A DNA stretch of 64,000 nucleotides from an uncultured Gemmatimonadales bacterium (GTDB taxonomy: Bacteria > Gemmatimonadota > Gemmatimonadetes > Longimicrobiales > RSA9). Below are positions 46,976 through 55,766 of this stretch, piece after piece. Position numbers and translations under genes: made by a program. Numbering within the stretch: position 1 is the stretch's first letter; every line of letters starts with the position of its first letter. The notes under the pieces were generated by a model. It was not told where the DNA came from. It did not search any database and was given only the letters and a program-made list of their open reading frames with translations. The stretch covers positions 672,001 through 736,000 of the forward strand of contig CAWAMW010000002.1 in NCBI GenBank assembly GCA_963783305.1. Direction: 5' to 3'.

Positions 46976-48702
46976 GCGACGCGCTCCCAGGCGCGGGTGA
47001 ACTCTGTCAGGGCGGTGGCCCCCTTCGGCTCCTCCACCTCCGGCGCCCGCCAGGTGGCGGTATCGGGGCGGGGCTCGACGGGTCCGTTCGCCCGGTTGAC
47101 CAGGACGCCCGTGAGCGGCAGGCCCAGCGATCGGATCCGCTCCACCAGTCGCCCCGTCTCCGCTCGCGCCAGCGCCTCATCCAGCGTCACGACCACGAGC
47201 GCAGTGCGGGCCGGGTCCATGAGCCGCTCACGGAGGGTCCGGAACCGGCGGGCGAACCGTAACAACTGCTCGGCGGGAGCGTCAAGATCACCGATGGCGC
47301 CGTATTTCAGGAGGATCCGCATGATTCGTCGCAACCAGTCCATGGCGAGCCCCGGCATGGCGACCAGCCGGAGGAAATGCCCGGTGGGCGCACTATCCAG
47401 GACCACGCGAGTGCCCGTCTCGACCTCTTCCGCCAGCCGGCTCACGCTCAGGAGCTCGTCGAGACCCGGGGGCGCCAGCTGCCATAGCGACTCGACCACC
47501 GCCCGGTCGAGTCGGGCAGCCCGGTCGAGCCCAATGGCCGCGAACGCGCGCTCGACCTCCTCTCGGTAGTGCGACCGCAGCCGGTCCAGCTCCGGCGCCG
47601 CGTCCAGCTCCCGCACCGTCAGCCCAGGGACCACCGACCCGTCCAGGACATCGAACAGCGACCCCGCCGGATCCGAGCTCATGAGCAGTACCGGCCCCTC
47701 CGCCGCAAGCCTCACTGCGGTTGCGCTGGCGCACGTGCTCTTCCCCACTCCGCCCTTCCCCGCGAAGACGATCAGCTCGCGCTCGATCTCGGGCGGGAAC
47801 CGCGCACCCGATGCGGCGGCACCGGCGCTTCCTCTCCCACGCGACGGGCGCTCGGTCGACGCCCTGCCCCGTCCGCTGCCGCTCCACCACTCCCGAAGCG
47901 CACGGCAGCCGGTGAGGCCGCTGTGGTACGGCAGGACGAGGTCGGCCCGCGGACGGCCCCGGTCGACGGCGACGGTGGCGGCCACGTGGAGATCGCGGGA
48001 CGCCAGCGCTTCCAGCAGCCGGACGGTCTCCGCTCGCTCCACCTCTCCGCCGCCCGTCACCACCACGAAGTCGGCGGCGCCGACCGCCTCCTCGAACGCG
48101 GCCATCTCCGCGGCGAGCGTCTCCAGCTCCGACTCCACGCTCAGCCGAACCTGCTGCCCCACCAGCGCCGAGGCGACCGTGTCGGCTTTACCCGCCATCG
48201 CATCGAATACGTCGAGCCAGCTCCGGACCACCCCTGGCGTGTCCAGAAGGCGCATCAGGTGCCCCGTCGGAGCCGTATCCACGACCAGGCGTGTCCCGAT
48301 CAGCTCGACGATCCGGAGCGCGCCCCCGATCTCATCCAGGCCGGGCAGCGCGGCCGCCAGCAGGCCGTCCGCATCGTCGGTATCCAGGTAGGTGCCCCGG
48401 TCGATGAGCTCCCGCAGCCCCGGGGCCATGGCGGCCATGCGCGATTCGGCCAGCCGCGGCGCGTCCAGCTCCTCCAGCGTGAGGGTCCCGCCGCACGGAG
48501 AGGGCTCCGGATCGGCTCCGAGCGACCGGCCGAACAGGTCGCCGAGGGAGTGCGCGGGGTCCGTAGAGACGAGGTGAGTGGCGGTCCCGGCATCCGAGAG
48601 GGCGAGCGCGAGTCCCCCCGACACCGTCGTCTTTCCCACCCCACCCTTCCCGACCACGAACGTGATCCGTCCGGTGAGCCGCCCCAGCAGCTCGCCGCCC
48701 AC
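46972..48702 (-). CDS. Tandem (two-domain) ArsA/GET3-family SIMIBI ATPase inside the gas vesicle operon
   Basis: Two deviant Walker A motifs (GKGGVGKTT, GKGGVGKST), STDPAHS / SSDPAGS, PGLDE x2, DTAPTGH / DSAPTGH; GTG 1 nt after the gvpG stop, ATGA overlap with gvpL. Confidence 0.92.
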   Translation of the reverse strand: MGGELLGRLTGRITFVVGKGGVGKTTVSGGLALALSDAGTATHLVSTDPAHSLGDLFGRSLGADPEPSPCGGTLTLEELDAPRLAESRMAAMAPGLRELIDRGTYLDTDDADGLLAAALPGLDEIGGALRIVELIGTRLVVDTAPTGHLMRLLDTPGVVRSWLDVFDAMAGKADTVASALVGQQVRLSVESELETLAAEMAAFEEAVGAADFVVVTGGGEVERAETVRLLEALASRDLHVAATVAVDRGRPRADLVLPYHSGLTGCRALREWWSGSGRGRASTERPSRGRGSAGAAASGARFPPEIERELIVFAGKGGVGKSTCASATAVRLAAEGPVLLMSSDPAGSLFDVLDGSVVPGLTVRELDAAPELDRLRSHYREEVERAFAAIGLDRAARLDRAVVESLWQLAPPGLDELLSVSRLAEEVETGTRVVLDSAPTGHFLRLVAMPGLAMDWLRRIMRILLKYGAIGDLDAPAEQLLRFARRFRTLRERLMDPARTALVVVTLDEALARAETGRLVERIRSLGLPLTGVLVNRANGPVEPRPDTATWRAPEVEEPKGATALTEFTRAWERVA

Positions 48703-48703
48703 G

Positions 48704-49174
48704 TCAGTCCTCGTCGAAGCCGAAAACGATGTCGATCTCGGCCTCGCCTGGGTTGGCGACCGAAGGGCGCCTGGGCGCATCTTCACCGGCGGGCTCGCCG
48801 TCCTCCGCCAGGTGCTCCGTGGACTTCACCCCGCCCTCACCCGCCCCGCCCATGTCCGCCCCGCCCATGTCCGCCTCGGCTTCGCCCTCACCGGCGACCC
48901 GCACCAGGCCGCCCGATGTGGCCATTCCGAACTGCTCACGCCACTCACGGACCTGCCGGAGCCGCCGCATGAGCGAGGCCTCCCTTTCGACGTACTCGTC
49001 GTCATCGATGTCGCCCAGCTCCAACTCCATCTGGAGCTCCATCAGATCGCGCTTCACCACGCTGTCATCGGTGAGCTCCGTCTTCACCGCGCCCTCCACC
49101 TTCTCCAGGGAGAAGCGGGCCAGGTAGGACGGACCCGTGACCGGCCAGAACAGGAGGTGCTTCAGAAGTCCCAC
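48704..49174 (-). CDS. gvpG: Gas vesicle protein GvpG with acidic C-terminal tail
   Basis: LLFWPVTG..., ELTDDSVVKRDLMELQMELELGDIDDDEYVEREASLMRRL pattern; position right after gvpF. Confidence 0.85.
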   Translation of the reverse strand: MGLLKHLLFWPVTGPSYLARFSLEKVEGAVKTELTDDSVVKRDLMELQMELELGDIDDDEYVEREASLMRRLRQVREWREQFGMATSGGLVRVAGEGEAEADMGGADMGGAGEGGVKSTEHLAEDGEPAGEDAPRRPSVANPGEAEIDIVFGFDED

Positions 49175-49175
49175 G

Positions 49176-49991
49176 TCAGGCGTCGGCTCGCTCGAGCTTG
49201 AGCTTGATGTTCACGAAATTGTACGGCGGCCACGGGCCCGTATACTTGAAGGAGAGCTCGTCCTCGTACTTCCGGCTCAGCGACTTCACTACCTCGTCGA
49301 ACTCCTGCTCCCGGCTCCGCTCCACGAGATAGGCCGCATTCAGGATCATCCGATCGCCGATCGGCTTGTTCGATCGACTCGCGATGGCATACGGCTTCAG
49401 CGACTGGTGGATATCCATGACATACGTGTTCGCCGCCTCCTCCAGCCCGGTCTCCACGAGCCGGCCGAGCTGCATGCGGGCGAAGTACGTGGAGCTCTGC
49501 TCGTTGGAGGTGATCTCCTGTTTCAAGCGATGGATCTCCTCGTCCTCCTGCTCCAGCCGCGCCACCACCTTGTCCCGGTCCCACAGGACCTTCAACCCGA
49601 ACTCGATCTTGTCGCGCATCTTCTCGAGCACATCGTCGAACGCGCGATACGTGGATTTCAACAGCTCCACGATATCGTCGCGCGTTCGAAAGATGGTGCC
49701 GAACGACATGGGGATCACGGTGTATTCACGCATGACCGTCTCGTTGACGAGCTCGTGGGCCAGCACGTTCTCACGGGTCGGGTCGTAGATCCGGATCGGC
49801 GTGTCGCTGACCACGGCCGCCAGATCCTTGTGGTGGACCGTGTACACCCGGTTCGCCTCGCCGCCGATCCCGATGGACCCGAAACTGTGGTCGTCCTCCG
49901 TCTTGATGATGCAGTACACGTACTTTCCCTCTTCCTCGGTGGAAGAGACCTCGCCGTGGACGGAGGATTGTGGCGGAGTGATGTCTGGCAT
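49176..49991 (-). CDS. gvpF: Gas vesicle protein GvpF
   Basis: KYVYCII, DLAAVVSD, NVLAHELV, TVIPMSFGT, EFGLKV, MILNAAYLV, YTGPWPPYNF motifs. Confidence 0.93.
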   Translation of the reverse strand: MPDITPPQSSVHGEVSSTEEEGKYVYCIIKTEDDHSFGSIGIGGEANRVYTVHHKDLAAVVSDTPIRIYDPTRENVLAHELVNETVMREYTVIPMSFGTIFRTRDDIVELLKSTYRAFDDVLEKMRDKIEFGLKVLWDRDKVVARLEQEDEEIHRLKQEITSNEQSSTYFARMQLGRLVETGLEEAANTYVMDIHQSLKPYAIASRSNKPIGDRMILNAAYLVERSREQEFDEVVKSLSRKYEDELSFKYTGPWPPYNFVNIKLKLERADA

Positions 49992-50093
49992 CGTCAACTC
50001 GATTTCGGGGTGGCACAGACCTGCAACAGTGAGACGAACCTCCAGCTACCCGCAAGGATATCCCCGGTGTGGGTGGCTTCGCGGGCCTCGGGA

Positions 50094-50109
50094 TGCCAAC
50101 ATCATGCCG
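50094..50109 (-). promoter_or_regulatory. Candidate sigma-54 promoter of the gas vesicle operon
   Basis: Minus strand CGGCATGATGTTGGCA = GG-N10-GC with GGCAT-G at -24; about 100 nt upstream of gvpF. Confidence 0.4.
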
Positions 50110-50131
50110 AGTCGGTGGCCGGGGCGCGGAT

Positions 50132-50147
50132 CGGCGCAGGCCTTGCA
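50132..50147 (+). promoter_or_regulatory. Candidate sigma-54 promoter of the lipoprotein-kinase operon
   Basis: CGGCGCAGGCCTTGCA = GG-N10-GC with TTGCA; 56 nt upstream of ATG 50204. Confidence 0.5.
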
Positions 50148-50203
50148 TGGTCGCACGGCTCGTCGAACGCCGCACGGAGCCATGCCCTGAGGGCTCGGTA
50201 CAG

Positions 50204-51061
50204 ATGAAGAGGAGCGAGATGAAGCGCGCCACATTACTGCTGGTTTTCGCCGTCGCGACGGGCATCGGCGGCTGCGCGACGCTGACGGCGAAGCGCTCGG
50301 AGGACCAGAACGCGCGGTTCCGGCTCGAGCGCGGCCTGACCGCGCTCGACAGCGGCGCCTATACCGCCGCCTTCGACGACCTTGCCTGGGTCTATTCGCA
50401 GTGTACCGGCCGGGAAGCGGCCGGGCAGGCGCTCCTCGCCCTCGCCGCACTCGAGCTGGATCCACGGAACGAGCGCGCTCGTCCCGCCGTCGGGACGGAC
50501 CTCCTGGGTAGGGCCATCACGGGTGCCGAGGCTCCCCGATGGGCGCGGCCGCTGGCGGAAACGAGCTTCCTGACGGCGCTCGCGCTGGGAGCGCCCCATC
50601 CGGCCCCCCCAGCCCCGTCCGGGCCAATGGTCGAGCGGACGGACGCCGCGACGGGCACGGCCGCGCTGAGCGACGCCACGACGGACACGGCCGCACTGGA
50701 GACAGGCGCACCGGGCACGAGCGCCACGGACGCCCACCGTGCCCCCGTCAGCCATGATCCGGATGAGCCGGCCACCACCGCCGCTCAGGCGCTGCCCCCA
50801 CGGGGGATGGCCGCGGGAGCCGGCGGGGGGGAGGCGGCCTACGGGTGCGGCCCGGTGGTCGAGGCGCGGGATACCGCCACCGCCGTGCTCCCGGAGCTGC
50901 CGGGCCCGTCCATGGCCGCGCTCCTGTCCCGCGCGGAGTCCAGGCGAGATTCGCTGACGGTGACGACCGAGCTGCTCCAGCGGGAGCTGATATCGCTCCG
51001 GGAGCAGCTGGCGGCCACGCGGGCCGAGCTGGAGCGGATCCGCAAGACACTCAAGCCGTGA
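50204..51061 (+). CDS. Lipoprotein with helical domain, low-complexity linker and C-terminal coiled coil (QseG/YfhG-like architecture)
   Basis: Lipobox IGGC; LALAALELDPRN helices; LQRELISLREQLAATRAELERIRKTL; directly upstream of a HAMP kinase. Confidence 0.7.
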   Translation: MKRSEMKRATLLLVFAVATGIGGCATLTAKRSEDQNARFRLERGLTALDSGAYTAAFDDLAWVYSQCTGREAAGQALLALAALELDPRNERARPAVGTDLLGRAITGAEAPRWARPLAETSFLTALALGAPHPAPPAPSGPMVERTDAATGTAALSDATTDTAALETGAPGTSATDAHRAPVSHDPDEPATTAAQALPPRGMAAGAGGGEAAYGCGPVVEARDTATAVLPELPGPSMAALLSRAESRRDSLTVTTELLQRELISLREQLAATRAELERIRKTLKP

Positions 51062-51065
51062 GATC

Positions 51066-52511
51066 ATGACCGTTCGCAGGCGACTCCTCCTGACGCTGGG
51101 AAGCATCATCCTCCTGCTGCTCATCCCCGCGGCGTACGCCGTATCGCAGCTCGAGCGGCTGCGCGACGTAGCGGTCGAGCTCGAGCGGGTCCATTCCCGG
51201 GACGCCTATTCGGTGGGTGATTACCGGACGGCACTCGCTGAGCTGGACCGACAGCAGCGTAGCTTCATAGCCACCCCGGACGAGACCTTCCGCCGGGGGA
51301 TGAACCGTGAGCTCGAGCGGGCGCGCGACCAGCTGGACCGGCTGGGCGCGGCCTACGAGCAGGCCCTGGAACCGTCGATGAAGATCCTCGATTCCCTTGC
51401 CGTGGCCAATGCGCGCATCGAGGATCTCGTGACGAGCGGGAGGACGCAGGAGGCCACGCAGTATTTCGAGGGCGTCAAGCCGCTGCTGGACTCCGCTCGC
51501 TATACAGTCCGCGAGGTCACCGAAGCGCTGGATGAGCAGGGCCGGCTGCAGGTGGCCGAGGCGCGGGATCTGAGCGCCTCCGCCGCTCGCACTACGCTGC
51601 TGGCCGGCTCGATCGCCGTCCTTCTCACGGTGCTGCTGGGTCTGTGGACCACCGGCGCCCTCTCGCGGCCGCTCCGGCGCCTGAGCCAGGCCACGCGCAC
51701 CGTGGCCGATGGCGAGTTCACCGCGCCCCTGGACCTGCCCTACGACCGGACGGACGAGATCGGCGACCTCTCCCGATCGTTCCAGTCCATGGCGGAGCGG
51801 CTGGCGGAGCTGGACAGGCTGAAAGCGGAGTTCGTCGGCCTGGCCACACACGAGCTGAAGACGCCCATCAACGTCATCGGCGGCTACGCGGAGCTCCTCG
51901 ACGAGGGCCTCTACGGTGAGCTGACGGACAAACAGCGAGAGGTGCTCGCGCTCGTGCAGGAGCAGACCCATTCTCTCACTCGCCTCGTGAACCAGCTCCT
52001 GGACCTGTCACGCTTCGAGGCAGGCGGACTGCGCATAGAGCCGCAGCCGGTCGACCTGAACCAGCTCCTCGATGAGGTGGAGGGGTCCTTCCGCGCCCTG
52101 GCCACGCAGAAGCAGATCGATTTCGCGGTGGAGCGCGGCGACTCCATGCCCCGGACCCTGGTCATGGACCACGATCGGATTCGCCACGAGGTGCTGAGCA
52201 ACCTGCTGTCGAACGCATTCAAGTTCACCGCCAGCGGCGGCCGGATCAGCGTGCGCGCCCAGCGCGAGCGCGGAGAGGTCCACATCGTCACGAGCGACTC
52301 GGGGATGGGGATCCCGGCAGACCAGCTGGAGCACATCTTCGAGAAGTACTACCAGGTCGAGGGCGAAGGGAAGGCACAGGGAAGCGGGCTAGGGCTGGCC
52401 ATTGCGAAGCACGTGGTGGAGGCCCACGGCGGGCGGATCCACGCCACCAGCACGGTCGGAAAAGGAACGACCTTCGATATCTACCTGCCCGTGGAGGGCC
52501 CTGAGGCCTGA
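51066..52511 (+). CDS. Membrane sensor histidine kinase (4-helix periplasmic domain, HAMP, HisKA, HATPase)
   Basis: 2 TM, HAMP (SRPLRRL..DEIGDL), ATHELKTP, NLLSNAFKFT, DSGMGI, GSGLGL. Confidence 0.95.
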   Translation: MTVRRRLLLTLGSIILLLLIPAAYAVSQLERLRDVAVELERVHSRDAYSVGDYRTALAELDRQQRSFIATPDETFRRGMNRELERARDQLDRLGAAYEQALEPSMKILDSLAVANARIEDLVTSGRTQEATQYFEGVKPLLDSARYTVREVTEALDEQGRLQVAEARDLSASAARTTLLAGSIAVLLTVLLGLWTTGALSRPLRRLSQATRTVADGEFTAPLDLPYDRTDEIGDLSRSFQSMAERLAELDRLKAEFVGLATHELKTPINVIGGYAELLDEGLYGELTDKQREVLALVQEQTHSLTRLVNQLLDLSRFEAGGLRIEPQPVDLNQLLDEVEGSFRALATQKQIDFAVERGDSMPRTLVMDHDRIRHEVLSNLLSNAFKFTASGGRISVRAQRERGEVHIVTSDSGMGIPADQLEHIFEKYYQVEGEGKAQGSGLGLAIAKHVVEAHGGRIHATSTVGKGTTFDIYLPVEGPEA

Positions 52512-52595
52512 GCCGGCGCGGAACGCGAGAAACGACTCGGCCGGCGCGCTCCCTGCCGCTGGCATTCGAACCCCTTCATGCCCTACCTTCCGTCC

Positions 52596-53012
52596 ATGCG
52601 ACGAGACCCTCGAAACGCGCACCACCTGGCCACGATCAGCTACGATGGCCGCTTCTGGGATGCCTACCTGGAGCTCCAGGACGCGCAGACGCCGGACTCA
52701 CCCGCACGGGGCAGGATCGCCTTTTCGGCCGCCAACGAAGGCGATCCGGACTCGGTCCACACCACCACCATCTTCATCGAGAACACTCCCCAGGATGTGC
52801 TCACCCGGGCCCGCGACTTCAAGACTCATCAGCTCGTGGCGCTGCTCCGCTCCGCCATCCCGACCGAGGAGGAGCGGAGCCGCACGGACGACGCGGAGCA
52901 GGGAGGCCGGCAACCCGCCACGCCCGAGGAGCGGCATATGACGCCCCCGGAACCCGAGCCCGGGTCGGAGAGTGAGGGAGCGGGGCCGCGTTCGGGAGAG
53001 CGGCGGGACTAG
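52596..53012 (+). CDS. Hypothetical protein
   Basis: Globular-looking N-terminus (HHLATISYDGRFWDAYLEL...TTTIFIE) with an acidic tail; fills the intergenic gap. Confidence 0.65.
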   Translation: MRRDPRNAHHLATISYDGRFWDAYLELQDAQTPDSPARGRIAFSAANEGDPDSVHTTTIFIENTPQDVLTRARDFKTHQLVALLRSAIPTEEERSRTDDAEQGGRQPATPEERHMTPPEPEPGSESEGAGPRSGERRD

Positions 53013-53047
53013 GGGGCGTTGCCGCAGCTAACGGTGGTCGGTCCGGA

Positions 53048-53851
53048 TCAGGATCCGTCCGTGGGGCGCCGATCCAGCCATCCGAGCACAGAAGCGCGGC
53101 CGGCGTGGGCGAAGACGTGGTTCGGGTACTGCTGGCAGTCGGGCGTGTTCGTCCCGTTCACGCAGCCGTTGTACCGGAGAAGCGCCCGTTCCAGGTTGCG
53201 GTTCGATCGCTGGTAGTAGTGCGCGAAGATGCGGGCGCCATGGCAGATATTGACGGTCACGTCCTCCAGGTCCGTCCCGCACTCCGGCCAGCCACCGCGA
53301 TGCAGAGGCATCACCTGCATCAGGCCGATAGCGCCCACCGGACTGCGTATGTCCGGGTCCAGCCAGGGGTTCTCCACCAGCAGAACGGCCAGCAGGAGCC
53401 GCGGCTCGATGCCCGCGCCCTTCGCCTCCCGAACGAGCGCGACCGAGATGCGACGCACCAGCACGCTGTCGCTGCTGTAGTGAAGCAGAACGCGCTCGAG
53501 GGGCGCAACCGTCGACTCGTAGTACTCCGAGAGGTCGGCCCAGGCGTTATTCACCCGCGAGACTCGCTCCTCGAGCCCGGCGATCCGGGAGGCCCGGGTA
53601 TCCACCGCCCGTGATTCCCGTGATTCCACGGAGCGCGAGCCCGACCCGGTCGCATCCAGCCCGGAAACGGCGTGAACGGCGGCTCCGGCCCCGACGCTTT
53701 GCGCCCTCGCGACCGCCGCTGTCGCGTCCGCCGGCGCACCGGCGTACACCGTTCCGAACAGCAGTCCCACTCCCAGCACGCTCACCGCTCCCATCGAGCG
53801 CAATCGGCCGGGTCCGGATCGGATTCTGTGCCTCAGCTCATCTATGCTCAC
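53048..53851 (-). CDS. Lytic transglycosylase (SLT domain), paralog of 26012..26776
   Basis: Catalytic LLVEN, GAIGLMQVMP, ALLRYNG; N-terminal hydrophobic segment; GAGGG RBS before GTG at 53851 (start uncertain). Confidence 0.85.
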   Translation of the reverse strand: MSIDELRHRIRSGPGRLRSMGAVSVLGVGLLFGTVYAGAPADATAAVARAQSVGAGAAVHAVSGLDATGSGSRSVESRESRAVDTRASRIAGLEERVSRVNNAWADLSEYYESTVAPLERVLLHYSSDSVLVRRISVALVREAKGAGIEPRLLLAVLLVENPWLDPDIRSPVGAIGLMQVMPLHRGGWPECGTDLEDVTVNICHGARIFAHYYQRSNRNLERALLRYNGCVNGTNTPDCQQYPNHVFAHAGRASVLGWLDRRPTDGS

Positions 53852-54127
53852 GGGTCCCTCTCTGTCGGGGTCATACGTCGACCGAAGCCGCTTTTCGGCC
53901 CCGTCGGAGCGCGTTCGGGTGCAAGGGGCGTTCCTGCACCGGGGTATCCCGGACCGCCTGTGTGGTTTCCCTTCACGCATCCGCCGTCGCTCACTTCCGG
54001 GCCGGGTCCCGGGCGTCCGCCCCGCCAGCGCGGTTGCCCCCGGAGAGCCTGGGCATATATTGAGAATGGACGATTACGCAGGGTGCCAGGGGGCGCCCGG
54101 CTCATTATGTAATCTGCGGGAGGATCG

Positions 54128-54325
54128 ATGGCGCTCTACAGGACGCTGTACTACGGGGATCTCAACGTCGGCGTTGGCGGCCGCGTGACCATCCCGCAGG
54201 ACATCCGAGACGACCTGGGCATTGATGACGGGGACCTGATGACCGTGCGAGTGGAGGAGAGCCCGGACGGAACGCGCCAGATGGTCATGTGGCGCGCCAA
54301 GGAGCAGCCGGACACGGACGAGTAG
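54128..54325 (+). CDS. AbrB/MazE/SpoVT-family DNA-binding protein
   Basis: GRVTIPQDIRDDLGIDDGDLM motif; GGAGG RBS. Confidence 0.88.
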   Translation: MALYRTLYYGDLNVGVGGRVTIPQDIRDDLGIDDGDLMTVRVEESPDGTRQMVMWRAKEQPDTDE

Positions 54326-54350
54326 GCGAAGCACGACGGACGACGAGGAG

Positions 54351-54382
54351 AGCCCCGAGCCTGCTGGTTCGGGGCTTTTCTT
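54351..54382 (+). terminator. Intrinsic terminator between convergent genes
   Basis: AGCCCCGAGC-ctgctg-GTTCGGGGCT followed by TTTCTT. Confidence 0.8.
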
Positions 54383-55766
54383 ATTCCTCCAGGTCGACCC
54401 AGCGCAGGAGCTCCGAGAGGGGCCCGCGACCATCGTGGTGCCACTCGGGTGGTGGCCAGGGAATGCGATCGAAGGTAGTGATACGTGTGGCGCCGACGCG
54501 AGCGAGGGCGTCGGCGAGGGCGAATCGTCGCTCGGGTGGCACGGCGAGGGCCACGGACTGGAGCTGGTGACCCGCGGGCCGCAGGAGGTCGGGGACCTCG
54601 TCCAGGGAATCCACCGGGTGCAGGTGCACGAACCGGTTGAGGCAGGAGGGCCGGAAGGCCGGCTCGCTGTCGAGGATGACGGTCCACTCGGTGCCGGCGG
54701 AGGCGAGAACGCGGACGGGTCCTTCGTGCCCCCTCAGCTCGGCGGCGCCGCGCTCCTGCTGAATGGCCGAGGCCTCCGCGGGGCTGATGCGCCCGCGCGG
54801 CAGTTGGAGCTCGATGCGGCGGAGGGAGTGCGCCAGTTCGTCGGCGAACTCGTCGATCCGATCGCGGCCGGGGTCCTCCAGCCATACGGTGTGGGGTGAG
54901 ACGCAGCCCTGTTGATCGAAGGTCGCCACCGCACGGCCGATCCGGTCCGAGAGGTCGGGATCCTCTTCCAGCGACTCGCGGGCGACGAGGCCAGCAGAGA
55001 AGCGCGGGCCATGGACCACCAGCCGGTGGTTGGCCGGGATGCGTTCACGGAACGACGCCACCGCTTCGGGTCCGCCGTAGACGGCCACGAGGTCCGCCGC
55101 CTGGAGCATACGCCACTCTGCGTCGCTGGTGCCGCCGGGCCAGTAGGTGATCGCGAGACAGTGGGCCAGTTCCGGGTCCACCGCGGCCAGCGTCCGGGCG
55201 AAGAGCACGGGTAGCACCGGCTGTCCGGAGGCCAGCTTCCCGAGCGACGGGGCCTTCACCAGCAGCGACCGCACGAGCGACGTCACCGCCACGCCGGGGA
55301 CGTTGCCGGCGAAGACGTGGAAGACGAGATCGGGGCCGTAGGCACGGACCCGGCGGCGACCGCGGGCGGGTGCGAACCCATCGAGGACGGCCGGCCCCCC
55401 GACCTCTGCATCGAGGAGCCTGTGCAGCGGCTCTCTCTGCCAGTCGGCCGCCATCCGCTCGATGACCAGCGTGGTCATTGCGGAGGAGTAGCCGGTGGCG
55501 GCACCCAGCAGCGCGTCGGCCTCGCGGCGGATCGGGTCACCGGGGTCCAGCAAGTGGGCGGCCGCGGCGGCGATGCAATCGACGATCTCCGCCACCGGCC
55601 GGCCGGCCAGCACCCTCCCGGCCGTGCGTAGAGACCGCACTGTGCTCTCCACCAGGGCGGGCGTCGGGAGTGGGTACCGGCACTCGAGCTCGCCCACCTG
55701 GAGCGTCTCGAACGTGAGATCACTGCCCGCTTCCGGGAGCCACCATGCATCGAAGCGCTCGGTCAT
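54381..55766 (-). CDS. luxC: Acyl-CoA reductase, LuxC family
   Basis: FHVFAGNVP, YWPGG, VYGG, HGPRFS, catalytic FDQQGCVSPH, WHHDG; ATGA-coupled to luxE. Confidence 0.88.
   Translation of the reverse strand: MTERFDAWWLPEAGSDLTFETLQVGELECRYPLPTPALVESTVRSLRTAGRVLAGRPVAEIVDCIAAAAAHLLDPGDPIRREADALLGAATGYSSAMTTLVIERMAADWQREPLHRLLDAEVGGPAVLDGFAPARGRRRVRAYGPDLVFHVFAGNVPGVAVTSLVRSLLVKAPSLGKLASGQPVLPVLFARTLAAVDPELAHCLAITYWPGGTSDAEWRMLQAADLVAVYGGPEAVASFRERIPANHRLVVHGPRFSAGLVARESLEEDPDLSDRIGRAVATFDQQGCVSPHTVWLEDPGRDRIDEFADELAHSLRRIELQLPRGRISPAEASAIQQERGAAELRGHEGPVRVLASAGTEWTVILDSEPAFRPSCLNRFVHLHPVDSLDEVPDLLRPAGHQLQSVALAVPPERRFALADALARVGATRITTFDRIPWPPPEWHHDGRGPLSELLRWVDLEE

Noticed and set aside
46972..48702. 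Arsenic resistance operon
   Set aside because: No arsR, arsB, acr3, arsC or arsD nearby, and the gene is coupled to gvp genes on both sides.
50011..50025. TGGCACAGACCTGCA as a sigma-54 promoter
   Set aside because: GG-to-GC spacing is 9 rather than the required 10.
53608..53627. 9-bp duplication (ESRESR) in the SLT linker
   Set aside because: Trivial in-frame slippage in a low-complexity linker.
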